Positions 50,757-63,270 are shown, numbered from the stretch's first letter. The stretch: DNA of 64,000 nt from Penicillus capitatus (GCA_965649825.1 OZ287704.1:404101-468100); one strand, 5' to 3'. A program made the numbers and translations. The notes: a model not told the origin generated them from the sequence alone.

Positions 50757-53700
50757 TCAATCTGAGGATTCGTCCGTCACCTGTTCCATCACAGTCACCG
50801 ACGCACAAGCCATAGCGGGACTTTGATTTTCTCCGGAAGCGAGACGGCCTTCCAACTGGCCTTTCCACATAGAAAGCAAGGCCTGCAACTTCAGAAAAAG
50901 GCTACCAAGACCCATGGTGTTTTTCTGATGATTCGTCAAAAAGGGCGAACCCCCCTTCTGCAACTTAAGATCGAGGAACAAGTGAAGTCCTGCATACAAA
51001 CGATACGTCACATAAACCACAAAAACGACATTAACAGAAAAAGCAAGGAGACACATAAAAACTCGGCCGAGGGATGAGGACGCCGCGTCCTCCGATGCAA
51101 CAGCACAGTAGAAAACGAGGGCAGAGGACAACAGCGACGCCGATTCAATGAGGTTCAGGTGGATGGCGTTGTTGAAGTGTAGCCACTTTGGAGCGACACT
51201 CGGCAGACGGACAGCGGAGAACAGAGCCCCGGCATAGTCTGGCAGATAATGGCATTTCGGTGGCGTCTTGAACGGAACGAAGATGGCCTGCAGAGCAAGA
51301 GACACCGTCAAGATTCCGGCGCAGAGGGAGGCCTTGAGAGCTGGTGTCAGATGGATAGTGAAGACCACGGCTGCTGCGATCAGCGACTTCCTGGCAAGGA
51401 TGACGGACTCCCAGCAGACCGTGTACCATTCACGCCGGTACGCCTGAAAGAGAAACCAGTACCTCGAAAGGAAGAGCGAGTCCGTCATATGCTTCCTGTT
51501 GAGTGGCAGCCAAAGAACGATGGACACCATCCCACAGAACGCAAGGATCAGGCCTGCGATGCCAACAATCGCGACGGGCAGATGCGACCCCTCGAAGCAG
51601 GTCAACTCGGTGTCCTCTGCCCAGACGCGCTTTCCCGCCACCTCAGTCGCATAGGCGAGGTAGGGATGATCCAGACGCACCTCGTCTTGCATCTCTCCCT
51701 TCTCCACACAGTTGACGGATCTGAGAAGCTCTCTGACGATGTCGATGTAGGAGAAGTGGATCGACACAATGGAGACGACGATGACCATCGTGACGAACCG
51801 TTTGCGAGAGAACCAGAGATTCAGACTCGACGCTGCTCCGGTCATCTCGGATCGGATCCTGAGGCAAAGCCAGACCAAAGCGAACGCCAGAATCAGGAAC
51901 ACGACGATGGTGAAGGGCGAGAACAGTCTCAGCCACAGTGCGGCGATCGATGCGGGGATGTGATCGCCTTCCGTGCTGCACTCGAAAGGCGCGGTGATCA
52001 GGGAAGCCAGAGATCCGACAAAGAAGCCTAAGGCCATCACGGATCAGAAACGTACAACTCTCGATGTTCTCACCCTCTGTCTGCAGCAAGACTCGCATTG
52101 GTCCAGGCCACTGTGTCTGCAGACGCAGTGCGATTGCTGTCACTTGGAGGTAGTTGATGAGGATCTGGGAACAGAGATGGATGGCGACGAGGGCGACATG
52201 TTCGAGGAACGCACTTTCAAGGTCTCAGTTAGAAGGGCCGTGGTCACAAGCAACTGGATCGACGCCGACGCTATCGACGCATCATCCTGCCCGAATAGCT
52301 TCTCGGCATCTAAGAATCAGACGACGGAGGAGGTCAGTTCTGCGAGGCGTTCTCCCTACCGACGCTTCTCCAGATCGATGCAGCCTCCTGCGACGTAGAG
52401 GTCGCCACTAATCCGTTGTACAGGTTCGATTGAGTCTCACACTGGAGGGCATCTCCTTGTTGCTCGTGCTTCGCCAGCGTGACTCTGGATTTCGTCGACG
52501 ACAGAGTGATCGCACAGTTGACGCCGATCAGAAGGAACAGCCAAGCGACGTTGAGGAAAACTCGGAATCCGCCCAGACCTTTCCGCTCGGGACAGGCCGT
52601 GCATTCGCCAGTGTAGGAGTGACCGTATCCTGACTGGCAAGATCCACAGAAAGGGCCGGCGTAGCCCTCGGAGCACTGTCTATACTCGGGAAACTCTGGC
52701 CGCGTTCCCCGTCCGGCGGTGTACTCTTCCATTCTGTCCAGGTGCGTCTTCAACAGCGCAGCGTCCTGATAGAAGGCTTCCAGGTTCTCCTGGCGGCCGT
52801 CGTAACGACAGGCAGACGGGTAGATGCACTTGTAGAAGGCTGGAGAGAAGGGAGTCGAATGCCAGTATCCGTCAATAGGAACGAGCATCGCTCCCCCACC
52901 GCACACGGCATGCTCTTCGCAGCTCTCGCATTTTTCCAGTGAGGCATCGAATCCATATTGGTCTACAGGACACAACCTGCAGACATCTACCTGCTCGATC
53001 TCTCCTGGGTTGCAGTCTCTGGTGGAGATAGGAACATCGACGCTCACAGACTTGTCCCGTTCGCTGGCGATCGTCAGGTTGCTTGTAACGTTGATGCCCC
53101 ATGCTCGCGTGTCGGAGATCTCCACAACACCATTGACGGCAGTGTAAGTGTTGTCGCCGACGATAGCATCTGAGACCAGCACGACTTTCAGGCGGGCATC
53201 TTCAATGCCCCTCGTGATCGTCGTGTTCAGGGCGTCTTTTACGAGGATACGCGGAGGATGGGTACAAGATGCGTTGCCTTTGCAAGGCACTCGTAAGTTC
53301 TCTCCACTGTTGACTGGCACAAGTGGACCGTCCCATTCTTCGATTTCGAGTCTGACGGCTCTTGTGCCCACATCGGCACCGAGACGCGTGTCATCGTCCG
53401 TGATAAAGTTGTCGACGATCGTCACACAAAAGGGACTCTGATCGCCCCGCTCTGTGCTCGACTGTAAGTGCGTGATACGTGTCCTCTTCTCATCGTCGCC
53501 ACCGCACGAGGCGACGATGCCACCGGGTGCGGACGAGAACACGCCACCTGCAAACGTCGCCTTATTGCCAGTCACCGTCACGTTCTGAAACTCGAAGTGT
53601 CGACAGACATCGAATCCGATCGCAATTGGAAAGCACGACGGCCCTCTGTTCTCGTTCCAGAGAAGCTCCGCCATCTCGACCGAGACGCCGCCTACAGCGC

Positions 53701-55890
53701 GATGGCGAACAGAGAGTTCTTTCCTCTGCATTGTCTCACCTCCGACGATCGCCTCGTTTTCTCTGACTAGTATGTTTCTGAACATCATTTCGACGACGGC
53801 TAGTGGCCGCAGACCCGCGAAAGAGACGCCGATGCCTCCACCCTTCCCTTCGGACGAGCGTGCTGAGAATTTCACAGGGCCGACATCGCCGCCGAGCCGT
53901 TCTTCTACGTCCGGTACGTCGACGCCCGCGGGAGGAAAGGGAACGTAGCCTCGTGCTTCGTCGCGAAAAGCTTTGATTAGATGCAGAGCTCTGTTGCCGA
54001 CGAAAGATGAGTTTTCTACCTAAACCCATACTCGCCATACATTGATGTGTTTTCTGTAGGCAGTGCAGAACTTGCTCACCGTGCATGTTAACAGCGATGT
54101 CTCGCCGGCTTCATAGAGCATGCCTGCTCCGGCAGCCGCTGTGTTGTTTCTGAAGAGACTTGGTTGATCCTCCCACGACGTGACGTTGACATCGCGGACA
54201 CCAAAGAATGCCACTCCGCCGCCGGTTGATGCACGGTTCTCTTCGGCTCTGATTCCGCAGAGGGTGACGGAAGTAGAATCACCGTCCGCCTGAATGCCTC
54301 CACCAGCTCGATACGAGGTGTTGTTCCTGAGAACAAGTCGTTCTAGATAGAGGACGCCTGTGCTCAGAAAGATGCCACCGCCGGCGATTCCGGTGTTGTT
54401 CTCGATGACACTGTCGACGGCGCGATCGGTGGTGTCGAGAACGGACTTCAACACGCTGTTCTCGACGCGAAGTCCTCCTCCGTACATCGATCTGCCGTTC
54501 CTGAAAATCGAGCTGCTGAACGTCAGATGCGCGTTGATCAGGAAGAGACTGCCTCCGCTCACCAGCGCAGCATTTCCATCGAAAATGCAAGAGACGATGG
54601 TGTGCTCCGATAGAGACGGACTCGGAGATCGGAGGCTGATGGCGCCACCGTGGCACGCTCGGTTGCCGAAGAAGGACGCGTTTCGGATCGACCATGCGGA
54701 CGGAGCGGCGTCGATGGCCTCGAGCATCAGGGCGCCGCCAAAATGCGAATCTCTATTGATGGCGTCCGTCAGCAAGGCACCCGGCTGCCCTCCACAGAAC
54801 GCTGCGTTGTCGTCGAATGTCGAATCTTCGATCTCGAAGAGGTGCGTGTCGTTGCCAGGATCGTCCGCGTGGGAATGGACGAAGGCGAATGCGCCTCCGC
54901 CACCGCAGCCGGAGTTTCCCGAGAAACTAGACGCTCTGAGAACCGTGCTTCCTGGACAGCTCGCGAAGATCGCTCCTCCCATTCCGTCGGTCTGCGCCGT
55001 CCATTCGGCAGCGGAGTGCGTATGGCCGTCTGTGCTTCCGATCAATCCGTGCGAGCCACGAGCCGTGTTGTCGACGAATTCCGACTGGACGACTTCCAGA
55101 CTGGCTTCGTGGGTGTCATTGACGCATATGGCGCCGCCCGAGAACTCAGCTTCGTTCTGTTTGAAAGCGCACTTTCTGAAAACCAGGTCGATATCCCGTG
55201 CGAAAACGGCTCCTCCGTGTGCGGCGCGATTGCGTTGGAAGTGACAAGAGTCGAACCGGACCAGAGATCGACCGCACGAGGATCCTCGACACGCCTCTGC
55301 GTGAACGGCGCCTCCCAAAGTCGTGGCCGCAAGATCGCCGTTGTTGACGAAACGGACGCGCTCGAAGCCGATCGTTGACACGCGCCGCCTGTCTTCGGTT
55401 TGCCTGCCCTCGACGATGACCGCGGAGTGATCGTGGCACCCAGTGAGGGTCATACGCGTGATGTCAACCTTTCTTCCCCTGCAACCACATACCCGTAGAG
55501 TGCCTGACTGTCGCGGACACGCGTCTGCCTGATGACGATGGCACTCTGGTGGCCGTCACCCGGACAACGCAGGATCGTGTCCCTCCTTCGCGATCCTTCG
55601 ATGCTGACTCTCTTGGCATCGACGAACAGCGTTTTCGTGAGCGACACGTCAGTCGCGTTCACAATGATACGCGCTCCGTCCTCAAGTCCTCGGACTGCTT
55701 CTTGGAGCTCTTTCTCGGTAGCGACGACGGTCACTTCTCTACCACTTCGCTCTTTGGTCCTTCCATTTTGACCCAGGACTAAGAGCAAAACCGATTGCCC
55801 CGTGCTCTACGAACCTCGTCCGTCTCTACCTCCGAAATTTTCGAACGACAAGAAGACGACGGCGATGGCGATGGAGAGACGCCTCCACAT
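50757..55890 (-). CDS. Large receptor-like protein: signal peptide, parallel beta-helix GGAI/FxxN repeats, Cys-rich (GCC/EGF-like) stalk, multipass TM region; multi-exon
   Basis: MWRRLSIAIAVFLSF signal exon; ORFs 55450-55788, 54020-55453, 52334-53875 and 50757-52040 joined by introns; repeats FxxNxAxxGGA; DCNPGE..CRLCPVDQYG..CESCEEHAVC; QCSEGYAGPFCGSC; TM region with YWFLFQAYRREWYTVCWESVILARK. Confidence 0.85.
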
Positions 55891-57879
55891 GTCGATGAGC
55901 GGGGCGGAAGAATCTTAAGGCGAGAGTCGGACGATGGGCGGGTTGTGCGGCGAATCGGATGCACGAATCTTCGTCTAGGCTGTGGGGCAGCGAAAAACGC
56001 GAATACGCGAAGGCCGAGAACCGAATGGTGCAGCAGGGCGCCGACTGTTGACAATCGCCCGATCAATTATCATTTGTCATGCTCCTCATAACAGCTGTCC
56101 ACCAGTGATGCTCTAAACTGGCGTGATGCATGACGCTATGGGTCGACAATGATGCGAATGTGTCAACAGGCTGCCTCGAAAACATTCTTGTTGTTGCGTC
56201 GCAGCTTCCAGGCGAACGAGATGGAGGAGTTGCCGTCCGCCAGCCTCACGCCTAATTATTGCGACCCAGCTCTTGTCTGTCTGCCGCCTGTCATGTTTCC
56301 TTGTCCATAGATCAGACCCGCACACGCTATAGACGTTGCCTTAGGATCAGCAGTTCGGCAAGATCCCATCCGTCATCAGTAACCTGTAATTGCTTTCATT
56401 CCTTAGGCCATCTGCCAGAAGGCGACGCCAACCATGTGGCTGCTGCCCAGATCAATGAGCGCAGCGCATCTCCTTGCGGAAACAAAACTGGCTATAACAG
56501 GAAAGGCTCTGGCGTTGGAATCAACGCGACGGGGTCTGAGTGAAATGGAAGAAACGTCTTCCTAACGCCAGCGGGTTCTCTTCATCAAGAGATCTGTCGG
56601 TTGTCAAGCTTGCTGCACCGGAACACTTGAAGAGGCTCTCTTCCAAACGTCGGGAAAGTGTTTTTCGCTTTCCTTTAGCCCAGAAATGATATGCTCTTGC
56701 GTAAGAGTGGATCGTTCTCATCGATCGATCAGATTGGACGATCTAGCTGCACGAAGGAGGGATGTGTAACTCAAAGCCACTCAGTTGACTGCCGATACGT
56801 TTCTAGGCTCTTTCTTCATTCCGTGCGCCAGTAGCATTGTCAGTCGTCGAGGTCACTGTGGAGCCGGTTTGATGCCGGAATGTGCCTGTGCTGCTCAAAG
56901 TGCGCGTCGCTGACTGACTGCTCGAGCGATAGACCACACAAGATGATGCTTTATCGCGAAAAACAGATGGTCTGGTCCGATGAAGGCGCTAGATTGTATC
57001 GTTTTGCACTTTGAGGTCAGCAGCGAGCAGCAGAGAAGACGGCATTCATCTGGTGACTGTCGTGCAAAACTAGGATGCAAAGAGATTCTCGAAACAGAGT
57101 GGAAGTCGTTAATTAGATCTTGACACTGTTTTGCTGTTTGGCGACTTTTTCACTAACCGATCGCCAAAACCGAGTAACATCTTTCGCACTCGAACGAGAT
57201 CCATCCAGATGGGCCGCGTACGCATAGATCGATCGACAGAGAAACCGACTGAGCTGTATAGAGCATTTCGAATATTCCATCGACTAGAGCATCAGATCAG
57301 CACTGTGTGCTTCCAGGCAGAGATGGCTCTGTGGGATGCACATCTAGGTGCGCAGAAACACGCAGCAACAGACGCATTCACTCTCGCTGGTACTGATCTT
57401 TGGCAATTGGCGCTGTCTGAAAACGCGACGTTTTGCTAGATGCGATGTTGGCGCCAATGCTCTTTTGATTCTGGCAAGGTTTGGAATGACCTTCCCAAGG
57501 CTATCCTGACATCAGAAGGTACTGCGAGATGATACGGGCGAGTACGGATCTTTCTTGTTCGTCTTTGAGTTGTGTGTAATCAGGAGTATCCATCTGTGAC
57601 GACGACCTCTCCCCCACACTGGGTTGGTGCCGAACCTGCATACTCATTCATCAGTTTTTTGTAGTCTTGGATCTTCTTTCTTGAGTTTTGAATGACAGTC
57701 AGCAATAGATGCATCTGGGTGGCAGTAGTATACGATTGAACTGTTTTGTGGTCCTCTGAGTCCTGCAGGTTTTAACCGAGTCGATCAAACACAGCTCTAG
57801 CAACCTGGACTGGGATGCATAAAAGACGTTCCATTTTGCGTTTTCGACGCGTTCGTTATCGCGAGCTACATTGTCTACC

Positions 57880-57965
57880 GTGTCTGTACAATTGCCATAA
57901 GTAAATGGCCTAAACAGCTTAAACATGTGTCTGTACAATTGCCACAAAAGAGATGGCCTAAACAG
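57880..57965. repeat. Two imperfect ~38-bp direct repeats, 47-bp period
   Basis: GTGTCTGTACAATTGCCA...ATGGCCTAAACAG at 57880-57917 and 57927-57965. Confidence 0.85.
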
Positions 57966-58209
57966 AGAATCCCTCTTTTTATTAAACCAAACGAACAGAA
58001 TGTAATCGATTCAGTACTACGTCATCAAGATTGTAAAATCTAGTTTGTACAAATCCAGCATTTTAAATGCTCAAAGTATAGAAAACTGGCAAAAAGATAT
58101 GCAGAAATGCCATATGATTATTCGTGTAGATGTGATTGAGACTGACCCACAACAACTGAAAAGTACCCGATCGGCTACATAATAAGCTGTTTGCTGTCAG
58201 ATGTCAAAT

Positions 58210-58950
58210 CAAGGCTGTCTGCTGCTGCTGGAGGCTTCATCGATCATAAGTTATCATCTTGATCACAAACTGTCGAATGTCGGATCGAATTTGATGTCTG
58301 CCGCTGGAGGCTGCTGTAGGCTTCATCGCTGGTAAGTCGTCTACATCATAGCTGTTGGATGTCGGATCGAATTTGTTGTCTGCCGCTGGAGGCTGCTAGA
58401 GGCTTCATCGATCGCAAGTTGTCGTCTTCATCACAATCTCTCGTAATTCAGATCAGGCAGTCGTCGTCATCTCATATAATCGTCGTCTTCATATCGGCTC
58501 TCGGATGTCAGATCGGGCAGGCAGTCGTCCTCATCTCGGGTAGTCGTCATCAAATCGGCAGTCGGCTTCATATCGGCTCTCGGATGTCAGATCGGGCAGG
58601 CAGTCGTCTTCATCTCGGCTCTCGACTTCATCACAGGATCTCGGATGTCAGATCGAGCAGGCAGTCGGCTTCATCGCAGGATCTCGGATGTCAGATCGGG
58701 CAGGCAGTCGTCTTCATCTCGGGTAGTCGTCATCAAATCGGCAGTCGGCTTCATATCGGCTCTCGGATGTCAGATCGGGCAGGCAGTCGTCATCAAATCG
58801 GCTCTCGACTTCATCACAGGATCTCGGATGTCAGATCGAGCAGGCAGTCGGCTTCATCGCAGGATCTCGGATGCCAGATCAGGTAGTCGTCCTCATATCG
58901 GCTCTCGGATGTCTGATCGGGCAGGTATTCGTCATCATCAAAAGTAGTCG
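58210..58950. repeat. Complex tandem repeat: degenerate 81-bp units grading into a 183-bp higher-order repeat (79+61+43)
   Basis: TCGGATGTCAGATC anchors at 58501, 58580, 58641, 58684, 58763, 58824, 58867; ATGTCGGATCGAATTTG at 58278 and 58359. Confidence 0.9.
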
Positions 58951-59229
58951 CTGCCACAGACCCGGGTGACTCATGACGTCCGAAAGGGTCGATGGGTCCA
59001 ATCTCAACCCCGTCCCTAGAGCCCGGACCCATTAGGTGGATCTAAAACACAAAATAGTTAGTAATTGTGAGAAATTGATGAGAGAGGAACTTACTGCATC
59101 AAGAGAGTGATCCCCCAGGCTCCGGAAACAGTCCCACGTGCCACTCGACACAGTCGCAACGGCTTTCCACCTTGGGGGCGTCTCTCGGCGAAACAAAAAA
59201 ACGCACCGCGCAGAACGTAGAGAACGCAT
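58814..59229 (-). pseudogene. Spliced ORF of unknown origin that decays into the tandem repeat (possible mobile-element relic)
   Basis: 53-nt intron 59042-59094 (GTAAGT..TACTAAC..TTTTAG) joins ..GDHSLDA to IHLMGPG.. in frame; continues into DDDEYLPDQTSES repeat motifs, then frameshifts and stops. Confidence 0.4.
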
Positions 59230-59809
59230 CGGAGATCGGAGCCGGACATGCAGAAAGGTAGGGAGAGGAAGAACACACAAAAACAGAAAAGAAAAAAAAA
59301 ACAAAAAAAAAAACGAGAAGAGAAACACGCGGGTGAAAAAAAAACTGCAAAAGAAGAGAAAAAGGGACAGGTCCATGTCCCAGACACATCAGAGCACAAG
59401 GAAAAACGCGAAGACATGTCATGAAGGCACCATCGCATCGAAAAAAGATGCGATGGTGGCATAAAAAACAGTCAGAGAAGGTAAAAGTAAAAAAAGTAAA
59501 AATAGCGCGCCCGCGAAACTGCCGCAGAAAAAGATGACCCTGCCCACGGCCAGAATAGAAAAAAAAAGTAAAAGACGGCCACTGGAAAAAAACGAACGAT
59601 CGCGCGCGGACCTGAACTCAAAAAGGCCGCAGGCAGGGCTCGCCTCGCTACGCTTGCCCGCGGAGTACCGACCAACAGCTCCCGGTACCTGGACAACGCA
59701 GGCGCCCCTCGGCACTGGTTTCACACCCCCCTGACGCCCTTAAAGTGTCCCGGGCGCCAGCTTCCCACTGGGGGAAGCTGGTCCTGCAAGCAGACGGCAG
59801 TTAGATGCA

Positions 59810-60951
59810 TGAAAGAATGCATCGAAAGACTTACTTGGCGGGACAGGGTTGAGTGGACCCATTCCCTGCGATGGAAGAGTCGATCTGGAGGCAGAGATTC
59901 CGACGACGGCTACATCCCTACCACCGTCGCCTTCGCCCGTCCAGGAAGCGACAGATCGCGGTCTCCATCATCGTCGCTGGGCAGAGGAAACATCGGATCT
60001 TCCTCGTCGTCGTCTCCATCATCACCTGCCACAGGCGCTGCGTCGCTGTTGACGACGGCGTGTCGATCGGCGCCGGCGTCGCTTCTCATCAGACCCTCGG
60101 GACCTTCCGGTCCGTCAGTATCCATCCCTGTCGCTGCAGTCCGGTCTCGTGACGTCCGCGGCTCGCCGGCACTGAAGGAAGGTCCCGGTGTGTCGACTCG
60201 GAGTACTGCCCGGCGTTTCCGGTCCTGTTTTCGACAGAACACCAAAACGCTCACTCCATCTCCGACGCGACTCGCTCAGAAAAGCACGAGGAGCGAGTTC
60301 TTGAGGTTCTTCGTACACACGACGCACGAGAATTCGGTTATCCATCGAGCTGACGACCAGGAGGACGCAGCTCATCCGCCACATACTCTGCCCATTCGAA
60401 CCCTGGCTGTTGCTGAGCGACAAACGCACTCGTCCAGATCCTACTCAGCACACAACACCTTCTCCACGCTACCACCCATAACAGAGACCGCACCGAATAT
60501 CCAATTCCGAGACGGGCGCCATTCAATCTGATTTCCGGTCGAAAGCTCCACGTCTCTTAGCCCTTGTAACAGCGCGTCTTATAGAATCCCGCCTGCGTCA
60601 GATGCTCCCGTAGCCCTGTCGAACAAAGAATGTGTTGGAAGACATCGAACGACGCGGCCTCCTACTGACCTGTTGTGCTACACCCGTCGGCCTCGATGAA
60701 GTTCGGTGTCTCGGCGTCCGTCATAAAGCGCCACCTACGCAACGCGAATCGTCGTTTCCCGATTGTGGCTTCTGGCCCAAGAGCTTCGTTCGAGAAACGC
60801 AACCCGTTTTAGGTTTTGGTCGCGAACGAACATACCTTGGCGCTCTGCCTTTTGGTTGCCTATACCCCGTTTCCCGGTGACGAGATAATTTTCGTCCGGG
60901 GAATCGCCGTAAACGTTCGTCTGAACCGGCTGGAAGCAAAACGGACGACAA
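59810..60951 (-). CDS. Hypothetical multi-exon gene divergent from trigger factor; structure unresolved
   Basis: Several clear minus-strand GT..AG intron candidates (e.g. GTAAGT..CTAAC..TTGCAG just above 59783) and an acidic exon (GDDGDDDEEDPMFPLP); I could not build one confident frame. Confidence 0.3.
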
Positions 60952-61464
60952 TCATCTCGTCCACAGCAACATCGAAAAACGGGGATCCGACGGCGACCCT
61001 CTGCATCTACCATGGCGCTCCGCCAACCGTCAGAACGCCCTCAGGCGCCGTACCACGACACGGTGCCCATTCCACTGTCCTTTTCTAAAAAGTCCCTGTC
61101 CATCGCGTCGCGGACAGTTTGGTTCCTGCATGGCCCACACCGGATTCTCCCAGACGCATCATCCTTCGCTGTACCTGTCGATGCTGACGTCAACCGTCAC
61201 ATGCCACGCGTCTCCGATCCCCGGCAGTCCAGAGAACAGCCGCACCGGATTCCACTGTCGAGTCCACGACGCCCGCGACCCGCGTTCCGAACAGCGCCGA
61301 GTCGATGCCCGTCAGCCGCGGAGGGCGAACTTCAGTCGAATGGCGACATGCAAGACCTGACGGACGGAGAGCGTTGTACGACAGACTTCCTTCTCGCAGC
61401 AGATCGCGCTCGTCTCCGTCGCGAGGACTTCCGGCTCGGCCCACCCACTAGCGATATCCTCTCG

Positions 61465-63270
61465 ATGCGCATCTCGACGTCGCAGAAACCGACTGCGTTC
61501 TTCCCCCGACCCGACAAGGCAAACGCCCGCCTTGTCTGTCGTTCTTCTTCGATCCCTCTCCTCGCTGCTCAGACTCGCCGTCCTTCGTCTGTCACAACTC
61601 TCTGTCAAGCTCGGGCCTCGAACGATCTCAAAGTGCCCCATCGAACAGGTCAGGCCGTTTGCAGTCCGCTTGTGCAGGTCACTCATCGAGAGCTGCCGAA
61701 CAGTCGGATAGAACTGACGCTCACGATCTCCCCGGAAGCGACCCAGAAGAACTACAATGCCTTCGTTCGCAAAGTCGAATCCGAAACGCATCTTCCAGGG
61801 TTTCGCAGGGGACAGAAAGTTCCTCTGCCTCTGCTGATGCGGTCGAGGGGCGGAGAAGAGGCCTTCAAGGGCGAAGTGCTGCAACAGCTTGTCGAGACGG
61901 CCGCCGAGAAGGCGCTGCGCGATTGGCAGGGCAGAGCGATCGAAGACAGCGATCGACTCGAGACCAGCCCAAAGGAACTTGCCGAGAGTTTCTCCCCAGA
62001 CGAGGCACTGCAGTTTCGCATCTCTTTCGACGTCATGTCCGAAGTGAAATGGGCCTCCCCCTATCGCGATCTCAAAGTCATCCCGAGATCTCGCTTTCCT
62101 GCAAGAAGGGTACTGTAGTTGGAGATACTGGAGAAGGGAGATGATGAGTCGGATGCCAGGAACGCAGAGTCTTACATCCGAACCATGCGCAAACAGAAGG
62201 GCTCTCAGCGCGTGGTCGTCGAACGAGGATTGGAACAAGGCGACGTCGCGATCCTCGATTTTCAGTTTCTGCGGCCGGACAATCGAGAAGACCTGCCCCA
62301 TCTGAAGCAGGAGAAGTTCAGATTCGACACAGACCTTCCTGATGCACTCGGTACCCCGCGGATCTGCGAAGTGTCCCTTCATCCGGGCTGTGCAGGTGTG
62401 ACGGACAGAGTCACGGGCATCCGAGTTGGAGACGTTCGCGAGTTCGACATCACTTTTCCGCAGGACTGGGAGCCGCCAGTCTACCGGTTTGTCCACCCGG
62501 CCCAGCAGTGGCTGTCCTCGATCCATGCATCCTGCAGGGGAGTTGAAGCCATTGCTGTTGTGACGTGTCGCGAGCTATTCGCTTGGGATCTGCCCGAGCT
62601 GACGGACGGCCTTGTCAAGGCCCTCGACCGGCCGACGCTGCAGACGGTCGACGATCTGCGCTCCTCTCTGATCCTGGCGGAGAGGAGTCGAAGGGCAGAG
62701 AGACTGCAGGACGCCATTCAGGATGCTCTGTTGCACGAACTGGCTGCCATCGTCGACATGGAGATCCCGGAAGCAGCCTTGATGGAGACGGCGAAGGTTA
62801 GGTACCAGACAATGCTCCTCGAAATGCAATCCAAAGTGCGATCCGAGTACAGCAGCAATCGTTCCGGCCCGAGATACGGTTGAAGGGTAAATTGGGTCCT
62901 TCCGCCCTGGAGAGTCTCGCGACGGAGCAGATGCTCAGTAACTACATGATGTCGCATCGGACCGAGATCGAGAGAGACCAAAAGGGGATCGCTGCCATGC
63001 AGGCCGTCTTTGCGGACCAAGAGATGTCCGTCAGCGACGACGAGATAGAAGCAGAGGTTGCGAAGGCCGAGAGCGAGTTTCAGGTATGGCACGACGGCGG
63101 CACAGCCGTTCGCAAGGGGTATCTTGCAGGACATGGGCGAGTCGTACGACAAAGATCGATTGAAGGAAATGGCGCGGGAAGTTCTGCAGAACGCGAAGGT
63201 GGTGCAGTGGTTCGTGAAGAATGGCAACATCAAGATCCTGCCGTACCAAACAGAAAGGACACAGGCCTAG
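61465..63270 (+). CDS. tig: Plastid trigger factor; multi-exon
   Basis: Ser/Arg-rich transit peptide; ribosome-binding motif LPGFRRGQKVP; PPIase part GDVAILDF..GIRVGDVREFDITFPQDW; C-domain; ends TQA* (TAG 63268-63270). Confidence 0.92.

Noticed and set aside
57570-57835. Possible small spliced minus-strand ORF (MERLLCIPVQ|DSEDHK..)
   Set aside because: About 70 aa, no motif, could be chance.
58359-58947. Plus-strand repetitive ORFs (175 and 100 aa)
   Set aside because: They cycle through the three frames of the repeat subunits; open by repeat arithmetic, not evidence of a gene.
59730-59745. TTAA next to GGGCGTCA as a Kolobok/piggyBac terminus
   Set aside because: No matching inverted end found to the left; the segment may be the last exon of the neighbouring host gene.
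61312-62526. 404-aa antisense ORF over trigger factor
   Set aside because: Shadow ORF of GC-rich coding sequence; no motifs. Same judgement for 33232-34242, 54360-55244, 51249-52031, 30128-31108 and 59809-60531.
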